Source: an uncultured Acidobacteriota bacterium
GTDB lineage: Bacteria > Actinomycetota > Acidimicrobiia > Spongiisociales > ZC4RG35
DNA length: 64,000 nt
Assembly (NCBI GenBank): GCA_963810465.1
Contig: CAWENM010000003.1
Span: forward strand, 257,578 to 321,577
Reading direction: 5' to 3'
Shown here: positions 18,989 through 29,145 of the stretch, one piece after another
How positions within the stretch are numbered: position 1 is the first letter of the stretch
Layout: every line of letters begins with the position of its first letter
Program-made: the position numbers and the translations under genes
Notes under the pieces: model-generated
The model's database searches: none
What the model saw: only the letters and a program-made list of their open reading frames with translations
Told to the model about the DNA's origin: nothing

Positions 18989-20843
18989 GGACCCGACGGC
19001 GCGCTGGAGCCGGGCTCCCGGAGGGAACAGGTCGTTCCCGACCACCGGGGTCTCGGCCGGGGACTTAGCCGTGGCTGCCGGCAAGGCCGCCACCAGACCC
19101 GACCGATCACGGGCACGGGTTTCCCTGATCGGGCTCTCATTGGTGATCGCTCTTCTGGGTCTCGCCTTCCGACTCTTCCAGGTTCAGGTCGTCCAGGCGG
19201 CCGATCTGGCGGGCCAGGGCCTGGATCAGCGTCTCGTGACCCGGGACCTGGCCCCGCAGCGGGGCAAGGTCTACGACCGAAACGGGGAATTGCTGGCGAT
19301 GACGGTGGAGGCGCAGAGCATCTGGGCCAATCCCACCCAGATCGAGGAGCCGCTCTGGGTGGCACAGCAGGTGGGTGGGCTCCTCGGCGTCGACTCCCAG
19401 GAGCTGCTCACCAGACTCGAGTCAGATCGCGAGTTCGTGTATCTGAAGCGTCAGGTGGAGCCTGGAGTCGCCGAGCAAATCGCCGCACTCGAAGTCAGGG
19501 GCATCTACGCCCACCCGGAGTCGACTCGCATCTACCCGGCCGGGGCAGTCGCCTCCCACGTGACCGGCTTCGTCGACATCGACGGGAACGGCCAGGAGGG
19601 CCTCGAATACATGTACGACGAGGCGCTGCGCGGGGTCCCGGGCAAGGCCGTCTTCGAGCGCGACCTGGAAGGTCGGATCATCCCCCAGGGCATCAGCGAC
19701 ATCGTCCCTGCCGTTCCTGGCACCGACCTGAACACCACCATCGACCTACCCCTGCAATACCAGGCACAGCAGGCGTGTCTCTCTGCGGTCGACCGCACCG
19801 ATGCCGAGTCGTGCTGGGTAGTGGTCCTCGACGTCGAATCAGGGGGGGTCCTGGCTCTGGCCGGCGCCCCGGTGTTCGACCCGCAGACCCGCCAGACGGT
19901 CGACGAAGACTGTGACCCGGCGCTCGACCCGACATGTCACGCGTTCAGGAACTTCATCGTCCGGGGCGTTTACGAGCCCGGGTCGACCCAGAAGCTGATC
20001 ACGGTGGCAGCGGCCATCGAAGAGGGTGAGGTGAAAGCCGGGACCGTGATCCCCGGGGTCGCCGATCTCCTGGAACTGCGCCCGGACGCCTGTCGTTCGG
20101 CGGATGACGACCTATTCGGCTGCTACCGCGATTTCGAGGAGCACGAGACGGCCAACATGAGCGTGGCGGAGATATTCACCAAGTCCTCGAACGTCGGCAC
20201 GATCCTGGTTGCAGAGAAGCTGGGGCAGGACCGGCTCATCTCCTACATCGAGCGGTTCGGCCTTGGTTCCCAAACCGGTGTCGACTACTCCGTCGAGGCG
20301 CCCGGGACATTGAACTTCGAGGCCGGCTGTGAGACATGCTGGGCTTCGGCTGCGATCGGTTACTCGGTGGCCGCCACACCGCTCCAGATGGCCGCGGCCT
20401 ATGGCGCCATCGGCAACGACGGCATCTGGACGGCGCCACACATCGTCGCCTCCACGACCGACGTAGATGGCAATCAGGAAGTGGCGGGGCTGGAGACGAA
20501 GCGGGTCGTATCCCAGGAGACGGCGGTCCTCATGCAAGAGCTGCTGGCCAATGTGGTCGATGAGGGCACCGGACAAGCCGCGACGGTGGCGGGCTACCAG
20601 GTTGGGGGGAAGACCGGAACCGCCAACAAGCTGGGAGAGGACGGTCGGTACACCGAGGTGACACGTGCGTCTTTCGTGGGCATGGCGCCGATGAGTGACC
20701 CGAAGGTCGTCGTGGCGGTCCTCATCGACGCTCCCTCTTACCAGTACCGGACAGGTGGGGCGGCCGCGGCGCCTGTGTTCGCTCAGGTGATGGAGCAGGC
20801 TCTACACCGATTGGGGGTGCCCCCCGATGCCGGCGCCGGGTAG
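18969..20843 (+). CDS. ftsI: Peptidoglycan D,D-transpeptidase (PBP2/3-class, FtsI)
   Basis: N-terminal TM segment, dimerisation domain and transpeptidase motifs (STQK-like GSTQKL, SSN, KTGT). Located in the dcw cluster. Confidence 0.88.
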   Translation: MREIRNEDPTARWSRAPGGNRSFPTTGVSAGDLAVAAGKAATRPDRSRARVSLIGLSLVIALLGLAFRLFQVQVVQAADLAGQGLDQRLVTRDLAPQRGKVYDRNGELLAMTVEAQSIWANPTQIEEPLWVAQQVGGLLGVDSQELLTRLESDREFVYLKRQVEPGVAEQIAALEVRGIYAHPESTRIYPAGAVASHVTGFVDIDGNGQEGLEYMYDEALRGVPGKAVFERDLEGRIIPQGISDIVPAVPGTDLNTTIDLPLQYQAQQACLSAVDRTDAESCWVVVLDVESGGVLALAGAPVFDPQTRQTVDEDCDPALDPTCHAFRNFIVRGVYEPGSTQKLITVAAAIEEGEVKAGTVIPGVADLLELRPDACRSADDDLFGCYRDFEEHETANMSVAEIFTKSSNVGTILVAEKLGQDRLISYIERFGLGSQTGVDYSVEAPGTLNFEAGCETCWASAAIGYSVAATPLQMAAAYGAIGNDGIWTAPHIVASTTDVDGNQEVAGLETKRVVSQETAVLMQELLANVVDEGTGQAATVAGYQVGGKTGTANKLGEDGRYTEVTRASFVGMAPMSDPKVVVAVLIDAPSYQYRTGGAAAAPVFAQVMEQALHRLGVPPDAGAG

Positions 20844-22314
20844 CACCGTGGGTGACGCATCGGGCCGCGTCGGTGGCCTCGTCGTCGGCGATCCTGAGAT
20901 CTGGCTCGGCGATGTGACCCATGATTCGACGTTGGCCGGCCCCGACGTCCTGTTCGTTGCGGTCCAGGGCTCGACGCACGACGGGCACGACTTTGTCGGC
21001 TCGGCGGTGAATGCCGGGTCTCCTGCTGTGGCGGTCGAGACACTTCAGGACAATCCGGTGACACAGATCGTGGTCGGCGACACCCGCGCCGCCATGGGCC
21101 CGATGGCAGCCCGGGTCCACGGCGACCCGTCCACTGAGGTGGACGTCGTCGGGGTCACCGGGACCAATGGCAAGACAACGGTCACTCACTACCTCGAATC
21201 GCTGCTCACCTCGGCCGGTCGTGTCGTCGGCTTGATCGGGACTGTGGAGACGCGAGTGGGGGCGACAGCTCTGCCCTCGGTGCGGACCACACCGGAGGCC
21301 ACCGATTTCCAGCGTCTCCTTGCCGAGATGAGACGGCTCGACGCAGGTGTGGTCGCGGCTGAGATCTCGTCCCATGCCCTCGAGATGAGCCGCGTTGCCG
21401 GCACCCGGTTCGAGGTTGCGGCCTTCACCAACCTGTCCCAGGACCATCTCGACTTCCACGGTTCCATGGAGTCATACCGACGTGCCAAGGAGCGGCTTTT
21501 CCGAGAGTACGACGTCGGGACGGCAGTCCTCAATGTCGACGACCCCGTTGGCGCCGCCATCTCCTCGTGGGTCGGAGCGCCGGTGATCAGGGTCGGCCGG
21601 GACGGCGAAGTTCGCGCCGAAAACGTCGAAACCTCCTTTCTCGGGACTCGTTTCGATCTGGTCACTGAAAACGGGACGGTCACGGTGACCTCCGATCTCA
21701 TCGGCGCGTTCAACGTGGAGAACGCCCTGGTGGCGGTGGGCTGCTCCCTGGCCATCGGGTTGGACCTCGATGAGATCTCCGGTGGGTTGGCCCGTCTTGG
21801 AGGCGTGCCCGGTCGATTCGAGCAGGTATCCGGGAGTGGGCCGGTCCATGTCATCGTCGACTACGCCCACACCCCTGACGGGGTCGCGGAGGCCATTTCG
21901 GTCGCTCGATCGATTGCGACGGGGAGGGTGATCGCCGTGGTCGGGGCAGGCGGCGACCGTGACCGGGAAAAACGGCCGTTGATGGGCCGGGCAGCGACCG
22001 GGGCCGATCTGGCCATTCTGACCAGCGACAACCCGCGTTCCGAGGACCCTGATGAGATCCTCTCCGAAGTGGCCGGGGGGGCCTCGGGGCCGTGGGTCAT
22101 CGTCGAAGTGGACAGGCGCCGGGCCATCGAATCGGCCATCGCGGCGGCAGAGAAGGGCGACGTGGTCCTGATCCTCGGGAAGGGGCACGAGACGGGCCAG
22201 GAGATCGGGGGCCACGTGCTCCCGTTCGACGATCGACAAGTCGCCAGAGAGATCCTGTCCTCGAGGTCCGGGTCCGCCGATTTCGACCCTGATTCAGGGA
22301 GCATGACGGCGTGA
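20827..22314 (+). CDS. murE: UDP-N-acetylmuramoyl-L-alanyl-D-glutamate--2,6-diaminopimelate ligase
   Basis: VTGTNGKTT P-loop, DYAHTPD, and DNPR (TSDNPRSEDP), the meso-DAP specificity motif. 495 aa. Confidence 0.9.
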   Translation: MPAPGSTVGDASGRVGGLVVGDPEIWLGDVTHDSTLAGPDVLFVAVQGSTHDGHDFVGSAVNAGSPAVAVETLQDNPVTQIVVGDTRAAMGPMAARVHGDPSTEVDVVGVTGTNGKTTVTHYLESLLTSAGRVVGLIGTVETRVGATALPSVRTTPEATDFQRLLAEMRRLDAGVVAAEISSHALEMSRVAGTRFEVAAFTNLSQDHLDFHGSMESYRRAKERLFREYDVGTAVLNVDDPVGAAISSWVGAPVIRVGRDGEVRAENVETSFLGTRFDLVTENGTVTVTSDLIGAFNVENALVAVGCSLAIGLDLDEISGGLARLGGVPGRFEQVSGSGPVHVIVDYAHTPDGVAEAISVARSIATGRVIAVVGAGGDRDREKRPLMGRAATGADLAILTSDNPRSEDPDEILSEVAGGASGPWVIVEVDRRRAIESAIAAAEKGDVVLILGKGHETGQEIGGHVLPFDDRQVAREILSSRSGSADFDPDSGSMTA

Positions 22315-23363
22315 TACCGCTGCTGACCGCCGCCGCAGTCGGGCTGGTCGTCTCGATTTTCGGCACGCCCTATGCCATTCGCTTCTTCAGACGTCGCGAG
22401 ATCGGGCAGTTCATCCAGGAAGAGATCGCCGGGATGCACGGCCACAAGCAGGGGACCCCGACCATGGGCGGCGTCGTATTCGTAGCCGCCGCCATAATCG
22501 GGTACCTCGTCTCGCACGTCCGCCTCGTCGCCCCGGCTGGCGGCATCAGGCTCGAATTCACCCCGTTGAGCGATGGTGGGCTGCTCACTGTCTTCGCACT
22601 GGCCGGTATGGCGGTGGTGGGCTTCCTGGACGACTGGATCAAGTACTCGAACAAGCGGAGCCTCGGGCTGTCCAAATCGGCCAAGTTCGGAGGTCAGCTG
22701 GCGATTGCGGCCCTATTCGCCTGGGGCGCGACCGAAGCCGGCGTGGTCACCGAGATCTCATTCGTGAGACCGCTGGGCATCGATCTCGGCGCATTCTTCG
22801 TGATCTGGGTCCTCCTCATGCTGACCGGATGGGCAAATGGCGTGAATCTGGCCGATGGCATGGATGGCCTGGCCGGAGGATCATCCGCCCTGGTCGTTGC
22901 CTCCTACACGGTCATCGCCTTCTGGCAGTTTCGTAACCCCGAGGTCTACGAGTCGGTCGACCCCCTCGAGCTGGCCATCATCTCGGCAGCGATGTTCGGG
23001 GCCATCCTCGGCTTTCTCTGGTGGAACGCGCCGCCGGCCAAGATCATCATGGGAGATGTCGGCTCACAGGGCATCGGTGGGCTCCTCGCTGCCCTGGCAC
23101 TGCTCACCAACACCAGTCTGCTCCTGGTCGTGCTGGGAGCCATTTTCGTGGCGGAGACGGCATCGGTGATCCTCCAGGTCGCCAGCTTCAAGATCTTCGG
23201 GAAGCGGATCTTTCGCATGTCGCCGATCCACTACCACTTCGACCTGGGTGGCTGGCCCGAGACCACCGTGGTGATCCGGTTCTGGATCCTGACCGGTTTC
23301 GGTGTCGCCCTCGGGCTCGGGTTCTTCTACGGCGACTTCCTCCGGCTCGAGGACTTGCTGTGA
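22311..23363 (+). CDS. mraY: Phospho-N-acetylmuramoyl-pentapeptide transferase
   Basis: Polytopic membrane protein with conserved MraY motifs (NAVNLTDGLDGLA-like NGVNLADGMDGLAGG, HHHFE-like PIHYHFDL). Starts 4 nt inside the murE stop. Confidence 0.9.
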   Translation: MIPLLTAAAVGLVVSIFGTPYAIRFFRRREIGQFIQEEIAGMHGHKQGTPTMGGVVFVAAAIIGYLVSHVRLVAPAGGIRLEFTPLSDGGLLTVFALAGMAVVGFLDDWIKYSNKRSLGLSKSAKFGGQLAIAALFAWGATEAGVVTEISFVRPLGIDLGAFFVIWVLLMLTGWANGVNLADGMDGLAGGSSALVVASYTVIAFWQFRNPEVYESVDPLELAIISAAMFGAILGFLWWNAPPAKIIMGDVGSQGIGGLLAALALLTNTSLLLVVLGAIFVAETASVILQVASFKIFGKRIFRMSPIHYHFDLGGWPETTVVIRFWILTGFGVALGLGFFYGDFLRLEDLL

Positions 23364-24658
23364 CCCGGGTACTCGTCCTCGGGGCCGGGGTCTCCGGCCT
23401 GGCGGCCGCCGCCCTCGCCCGGGACCGGGACATGCCGGTGACGATCTACACCCGGGATCAGCCCGAGATCGCTCTCGAAAAAGGCTTCCCGGTGGCCAGC
23501 GGCGGATGGGACCCGGTCTTGCTCACCGGCATCGACCTCGTCGTCACCAGCCCGGGATTCCCCGAACGTGCCCTACCCATCGTGGAGGCACTGGAATGGG
23601 GCATCCCGGTATGGAGCGAGGTCGAGTTTGCCTGGAGGCATCTCGATGTCCCGGTGGCGGCCGTCACCGGGACGAACGGGAAGACGACGGTCACCGAGGC
23701 CACTTCTGCCATGCTCGAGGCTTCGGGCATCGATGCTCCAGCGGCTGGCAATATCGGATCCGCCCTCTCAGAGCACGTCGACCGCGGTCACAAAGCTGTG
23801 GTAGTCGAGGTGTCCAGCTTCCAGCTTCGCTTCTGCGAGGAGTTTCACCCGACGGCGGCCGCCATCACCAATGTCGCCGTCGACCATCTCGACTGGCACG
23901 GATCGGAGCACTCGTATCGGGCAGCCAAAGCGAAGATATTCATGAACCAGACCGATGAGGATCTCCTGGTGTTCGATGCCGACGACGAAGGGGCCTCGTC
24001 GCTGGTCTCAGGGGCGCGGAGTGAGCTGTTCCCGGTTTCGGGAAGGCATCTCCCGTCTGGCGGTGGTGGCGTCGACGACGACCGTCTGGTCATCGGCGAG
24101 CTGACCATCTCGATTGGCGACCTGGTGTCCGATGACCCGACTCACCTGGTCAACATTGCGTCGGCCTCGGCCCTCGCCTTGCGCATGGGGGCGACTGCCG
24201 ATGGAGTGACCAGGGCGGCCAGGTCCTTCGCGCCCGGGCCCCACAGGAGATCGCTGGTTGCCAGAACTGGCGGCGTCACCTGGATCGACGACTCGAAGGC
24301 GACGAACACCCACGCTGCCCTCAGCTCGATCAGAGCCCACGACTCGGTGGTTCTCATCGCCGGAGGTTTGGCCAAAGGCATGGATGTGGCTCCGATTGCC
24401 CGAGAGCCGAATGTGCGATACCTGCTCGGCATCGGCGAGGCCGGTCCCGATCTGGCGGCGGCCGCAGGGGAGCGGGGCCGCGAGGCAGGCACTCTCGAGC
24501 GCGCCGTCGAGTTGGCGGCGGAACTGGCGGAGCCGGGGGACACTGTGCTTCTCGCTCCGGGCTGCGCCAGCTTCGACCAGTTCTCCTCTTACGCCGAGCG
24601 AGGCGACAGATTCGCTGCCCTCGTCCGATCGATCACGGATGAGGCAAGGTCCGGATGA
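23360..24658 (+). CDS. murD: UDP-N-acetylmuramoylalanine--D-glutamate ligase
   Basis: GTG at 23360 overlaps the mraY TGA. VLVLGAGVSG Rossmann N-terminus, VTGTNGKTT P-loop, DDSKATN. 432 aa. Confidence 0.88.
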   Translation: MTRVLVLGAGVSGLAAAALARDRDMPVTIYTRDQPEIALEKGFPVASGGWDPVLLTGIDLVVTSPGFPERALPIVEALEWGIPVWSEVEFAWRHLDVPVAAVTGTNGKTTVTEATSAMLEASGIDAPAAGNIGSALSEHVDRGHKAVVVEVSSFQLRFCEEFHPTAAAITNVAVDHLDWHGSEHSYRAAKAKIFMNQTDEDLLVFDADDEGASSLVSGARSELFPVSGRHLPSGGGGVDDDRLVIGELTISIGDLVSDDPTHLVNIASASALALRMGATADGVTRAARSFAPGPHRRSLVARTGGVTWIDDSKATNTHAALSSIRAHDSVVLIAGGLAKGMDVAPIAREPNVRYLLGIGEAGPDLAAAAGERGREAGTLERAVELAAELAEPGDTVLLAPGCASFDQFSSYAERGDRFAALVRSITDEARSG

Positions 24659-25818
24659 CGGCGAACGTGACATCGATTGCGAAGGTTCGGGCCGCCGCCC
24701 GAAGCCGCGCCGAGCGGCTCAAGATGAACAATCGCACCGCCACGGCGCTGCTTGTCCTGGCGGTGGTTCTGATCGTGATCGGCCTGGGCGCCACCCAGTC
24801 GGCGTCTTCTGTGGTGGCTATCGACCAGTCCGAGGACCGGTTCTATTTCTTCAAGCGGCAGTTGGTCGGGGTCGGCATCGGGACCGTGGCTCTCCTGATC
24901 ACCAGCCGGATCCCGTACCGGGTCTACCGCAGACTCGCCCTGCCCGGGTTCTTCGTCACTGTGGCGCTGTTGATCGCGGTGCTCGCGGTCGGTCCGGTCA
25001 TCGGCGGCTCCCAACGCTGGCTGCCGATCGCGGGCTTCAGCTTCCAGCCATCCGAGGTGGCCAAAGTGGCCATCGTCCTGGTATTGGCCCATCTCTTCGA
25101 GAAGAAGCACCGGCTCCTCACCCGCTTCGGCCATTTCCTTGTCCCGGTGGTGTTCACGGTCGGCGTGCTCGGTGGCCTGGTGATCCTCCAGCCCGACCTG
25201 GGAACGACGATCATCATCGGAGCTGCAGCGATGGCGGTGATCATGGCCAGCGACACACCGCTGAGGTACGTACTGGTCCTGACCGTCCTGGTTGTCCTTG
25301 CCGCATGGGTCCTCGCATTCGGCGACGAGTATCGGGTGGATCGCATCGTCGGGTTCCTCGACCCCTGGGGAAACGCCGACGGCGAGGGCTACCAGCTGAT
25401 ACAGGGCTACTACGCCCTGTCCAACGGCGGTCTCTTCGGGGTCGGGTTGGGCGCAAGCCGTGCCCGTTGGTTCTATCTGCCCAATGCCCACACGGACTTC
25501 ATCTTCGCCATCATCGGGGAAGAGACCGGGCTGATCGGGGGGCTGACGGTCATCGGCCTCTATATCGTCCTGGCACTGGCAGGGTGGATGGTCGCGATCA
25601 GGGCCCCGGATCGCTTCGGCAGGATGGTGGCGGCAGGTCTCACCGCCTGGCTCACATTTCAGGCAATCGTCAACATCGGCGGCGTTCTCGGCGTGATGCC
25701 GATAACGGGCATCTCGCTCCCGTTCGTCTCATTCGGGAGCACATCGCTGATCGTGTGCATGGCCTCTCTCGGCATCCTCGTCAACATCGCCCAGGCAGGG
25801 GTGCAACCCAAGACATGA
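24655..25818 (+). CDS. ftsW: SEDS-family peptidoglycan glycosyltransferase FtsW
   Basis: About 10 TM helices with FtsW/RodA motifs (QPSE...K, HTDFIFA, GGLFGVGLG). Follows murD with a 4-nt overlap. Confidence 0.88.
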   Translation: MTANVTSIAKVRAAARSRAERLKMNNRTATALLVLAVVLIVIGLGATQSASSVVAIDQSEDRFYFFKRQLVGVGIGTVALLITSRIPYRVYRRLALPGFFVTVALLIAVLAVGPVIGGSQRWLPIAGFSFQPSEVAKVAIVLVLAHLFEKKHRLLTRFGHFLVPVVFTVGVLGGLVILQPDLGTTIIIGAAAMAVIMASDTPLRYVLVLTVLVVLAAWVLAFGDEYRVDRIVGFLDPWGNADGEGYQLIQGYYALSNGGLFGVGLGASRARWFYLPNAHTDFIFAIIGEETGLIGGLTVIGLYIVLALAGWMVAIRAPDRFGRMVAAGLTAWLTFQAIVNIGGVLGVMPITGISLPFVSFGSTSLIVCMASLGILVNIAQAGVQPKT

Positions 25819-26888
25819 CCTTCCTCATCGCCGCAGCCGGCACCGGTGGCCACGTGTTCCCTGGGCTGGCCGTCGGCGAGGCCCTACTGACCCTTGGGAC
25901 GCCCAAGGACTCGATCCTCTATGTCGGCGGCGACAGGCTCGAGAAGTCGGTCTATCCAGAGTCGGGATTCCCTTTCCTCCAGGTGGAGGTGAGGGGTCTG
26001 CAGCGATCGATCACCACGAGGAACCTGAACCTGCCCCGTGTCGTTTGGCGTGCCCGGGACGTCATCATCGCCGCCATCGAGGAGAGAGATGTGAAGGTGG
26101 TGCTCGGAATGGGAGGTTATGTCACCATCCCCGCCGCCCTGGCCGCCCGGAGCTCCGGATCAGCGTTGGTCGTGGCCGAGCAGAACGCCGGCGGTGGTCT
26201 GGCCAATCGTGTCGCTTCGCGCTGGGCGGCACGGATATTCACCTCCTTCCCCGACACAGACGGCCTCGAGAGAGGGGAGTGGGTAGGCAACCCGGTCCGT
26301 GCCTCCTTGGCCAACCTGAATCGGGAGCAGACGAGACCGGAGGCTCTGGCCCATTACGGGCTCGATCCGGGATACCCGGTCCTCGGGGCCGTTGGCGGCT
26401 CGCTGGGGGCGGGATTGATCAATGGAGCGGTCGGGGATCTGGTCGAGAACTGGGAGGGGAGACGGATCCAGGTCTTGCATCTCACCGGCGAGGGCAACCT
26501 GGACCCGGATCAGAGGCCATCCGACTCGGTGCTCTGGGTACAACGCCCGTTCGAGAGGCGGATGGAGCTGTTCTACGCCGCCTGTGACCTGGTGGTGGCT
26601 CGGGCCGGGGGAGGAGTCGCCGAGCTGACCGTGACCTCGACCCCGTCGATCCTCATCCCCGGCGAGTTCGGCTCCTCAGGTCATCAGGCCGCAAACGCTG
26701 CCTTCTTACACGAGGCGGGTGCAGCAGAGGTTCTCGCTCAGGACCGCCTCGACCTGCTACCGGGCCTCGTCGCGGAGATCCTGCTGTCACCGGACCGGCT
26801 CGGGGCGATGAGGATCGGCGCCAGGAGCATCGCCAAACCCGACGGGGCGATCACAATCGCCGGTGCCATGCGGGATTTGTTGACATGA
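25815..26888 (+). CDS. murG: Undecaprenyldiphospho-muramoylpentapeptide beta-N-acetylglucosaminyltransferase
   Basis: ATG at 25815 overlaps the ftsW TGA (ATGA). N-terminus MTFLIAAAGTGGHVFPGLAV is the MurG G-loop. Only the C-terminal 357 codons of the 876-aa track ORF 24258..26888 are real. Confidence 0.88.
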   Translation: MTFLIAAAGTGGHVFPGLAVGEALLTLGTPKDSILYVGGDRLEKSVYPESGFPFLQVEVRGLQRSITTRNLNLPRVVWRARDVIIAAIEERDVKVVLGMGGYVTIPAALAARSSGSALVVAEQNAGGGLANRVASRWAARIFTSFPDTDGLERGEWVGNPVRASLANLNREQTRPEALAHYGLDPGYPVLGAVGGSLGAGLINGAVGDLVENWEGRRIQVLHLTGEGNLDPDQRPSDSVLWVQRPFERRMELFYAACDLVVARAGGGVAELTVTSTPSILIPGEFGSSGHQAANAAFLHEAGAAEVLAQDRLDLLPGLVAEILLSPDRLGAMRIGARSIAKPDGAITIAGAMRDLLT

Positions 26889-28243
26889 GACTCGACTATC
26901 GCCATATCCACCTGGTCGGGGCGGGAGGCGCCGGCATGAGCGCAATCGCCAAGGTGCTGGCCGGCATGGGCCACGTGGTCTCCGGTTCCGACCAGCGAGG
27001 TGGATCGACCCTGGACAGGCTGGAGGACTTCGGTATTGCCACCCATACCGGCCACCACCCGGAGGTGGCTCGCACCGCAGACCTCGTTGTCGCCTCGTCG
27101 GCTGTTCCCGAGCAGGACCCCGAGCTGATCGCCGCGGCCGACGCCGGGGTGCCGTTGTGGCGTCGCCCCGACCTCCTCGCCGCTCTCACCGAGGGGATCA
27201 CGACGATCGGCGCCACCGGCACGCACGGAAAGACCACGACGACGGCGCTGCTCGTCTCAGCATTGAGGGCCCTTGGGGAGGATCCGAGTTTCATCGTTGG
27301 CGGGGATCTCGTCGACTGGAACACCAACGGCCATTTCGGTGCGACGCCCCTTCTTGTCGTTGAGGCCGATGAGGCCTTTCGCACGTTTGAGAGACTGCGT
27401 CTCTCCGGGCTGATCGTCACCAACGTCGAGTCGGAGCACATGGAGCACTTTGGGACCGAGTCCGACCTGGAGGAGGCGTTCGTCACCGTCGCCGAAGGCG
27501 TCGACGGGCCTGTTGTCGTCTGCGCCGATGATCCGGGCTCCCGCCAGATCGGGGTACGTACCGGGGCTATCACCTACGGCCTGGACCCTGGGGCGGACTG
27601 GCGGATCATCGACCTGACGGGTCACGACGGAGGGACCAGGTTCGAGCTAGTCGGGCCATCGGGGCGTGCGCTTGTCAGTCTCGGACGGCCCGGTGCTCAT
27701 GTGGCCCTCGATGCGGCAGGCGCCCTCGCGTTGCTCGGCTCGATGGGCCGCGACATCGCGGCTGCCGCCCTCGGCCTGGCCTCGTTCCGGGGCGTCGGTC
27801 GGCGATGGGAGCACAGGGGCACCGTGTCCGGTATCACCCTGATCGACGATTATGCCCATCATCCGACCGAGGTGGCGGCCACCGTCGAGGTGGGGAGAAC
27901 TCTGGCCAAAGGGCGGCTGTGGGCGGTCTTTCAACCGCACCTGTACAGCAGGACGGCGCGATTTCACGAGGAGTTCGGCACGGCGCTCAGCGGTGCGGAC
28001 GAGGTCGTGATCACAGATGTTTACGGGTCGCGGGAAGATCCCGTCCCCGGTGTCACCGGCGCCCTGGTGGTCGATGCGGCGCGTCGCCACGGCGCCAGCG
28101 CCCACTACGTCCCCCATCGACGCGATCTCGCCGACTTCCTCGCGGAGCGTGTCGCTGAAGGGGACCTGGTCCTGACCATGGGGGCGGGAGACATCACTCT
28201 CGTCCCCACAGAGCTCGCCATCCGGCTGGCGGAGCGAGAATGA
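26885..28243 (+). CDS. murC: UDP-N-acetylmuramate--L-alanine ligase
   Basis: HLVGAGGAGMSAIA, GTHGKTTTT P-loop, DDYAHHP. 452 aa. Confidence 0.9.
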   Translation: MRLDYRHIHLVGAGGAGMSAIAKVLAGMGHVVSGSDQRGGSTLDRLEDFGIATHTGHHPEVARTADLVVASSAVPEQDPELIAAADAGVPLWRRPDLLAALTEGITTIGATGTHGKTTTTALLVSALRALGEDPSFIVGGDLVDWNTNGHFGATPLLVVEADEAFRTFERLRLSGLIVTNVESEHMEHFGTESDLEEAFVTVAEGVDGPVVVCADDPGSRQIGVRTGAITYGLDPGADWRIIDLTGHDGGTRFELVGPSGRALVSLGRPGAHVALDAAGALALLGSMGRDIAAAALGLASFRGVGRRWEHRGTVSGITLIDDYAHHPTEVAATVEVGRTLAKGRLWAVFQPHLYSRTARFHEEFGTALSGADEVVITDVYGSREDPVPGVTGALVVDAARRHGASAHYVPHRRDLADFLAERVAEGDLVLTMGAGDITLVPTELAIRLAERE

Positions 28244-29145
28244 GCTCGTTCGATTCACTCATCGCTTCCGGGATGGTGCGAGAACACGTGCCGCTCGGGC
28301 CATACACCACGTACAAGTCGGGTGGCCCTGCTCGTTACCTGGCCGAGGTGGCCGACACCGAGGCACTCGACGATCTCGTCGCCTCGGGGGTGGTCGCCGG
28401 CATGCCGGTCCTCGTCCTGGGTCGCGGATCCAATCTGGTGGTAGCCGATTCCGGGTTCGACGGCCTCGTCATCCGCCTCGGACCAGCCTTTGGTGTGGTC
28501 GAGGTCGTCGGGACTGCGGTGCACGCCGGCGGCGCCGCACCATTGGCGCAGGTGGCTCGGAGCAGTGTCGATGCCGCACTGACCGGGCTCGAGTTCTTCA
28601 TCGGTGTCCCCGGATCGGTTGGGGGAGCCGTGCGGCAGAACGCAGGATGCTTCGGGACCGAGACCCGCGATCGTCTACTCGAGGCCTCGATAGTCGATTT
28701 GACCGATGGAAAAACGGGCACATTCGGCCCCGACGATCTGGACCTGTCCTATAGGCACTCGAACGTCATCTCAACCCGGGTGGTGGTGCGCGCCGTGTTC
28801 CAGGCGTCGCCGGGGGACATCGACGCAGGCCGCGCCGAATTACGCCGCATCACTCGATGGCGGCGCGACAACCAGCCGGGAGGGACCTTCAATGCAGGAA
28901 GTGTCTTCAAGAACCCGGTCGGCACCACGGCGGGGGAGATCATCGACTCGCTCGGGCTGAAGAAGATGAGGGTCGGGGATGTAGCCGTGTCGGAGAAACA
29001 CGCCAACTTCTTCGTCGCCGGGGCGTCGGCCACATCCGAGGACATCAGAAAGTTGGTCGCCGCGGTCAAAGACCGTGTTTTCGAGGAGACCGGCACCATG
29101 CTGGAGCCGGAGATCCAGTTCGTCGGATTCGATGATGAAAATTGA
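28240..29145 (+). CDS. murB: UDP-N-acetylenolpyruvoylglucosamine reductase
   Basis: FAD-binding PCMH-type N-terminus (PLGPYTTYKSGGPARY...VLVLGRGSNLVV) and C-terminal MurB domain. Sits inside the dcw cluster between murC and ftsQ. Confidence 0.85.
   Translation: MSSFDSLIASGMVREHVPLGPYTTYKSGGPARYLAEVADTEALDDLVASGVVAGMPVLVLGRGSNLVVADSGFDGLVIRLGPAFGVVEVVGTAVHAGGAAPLAQVARSSVDAALTGLEFFIGVPGSVGGAVRQNAGCFGTETRDRLLEASIVDLTDGKTGTFGPDDLDLSYRHSNVISTRVVVRAVFQASPGDIDAGRAELRRITRWRRDNQPGGTFNAGSVFKNPVGTTAGEIIDSLGLKKMRVGDVAVSEKHANFFVAGASATSEDIRKLVAAVKDRVFEETGTMLEPEIQFVGFDDEN

Noticed and set aside
18430-19365. 311-aa Pro/Arg-rich minus ORF
   Set aside because: Antisense to ftsL and ftsI. The extreme Pro/Arg/Gly composition is diagnostic of a GC-skewed non-coding frame.
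24258-26888. 876-aa plus-strand ORF
   Set aside because: Only the last 357 codons (from ATG 25815) are MurG. The upstream part is an alternate frame running through murD and ftsW.
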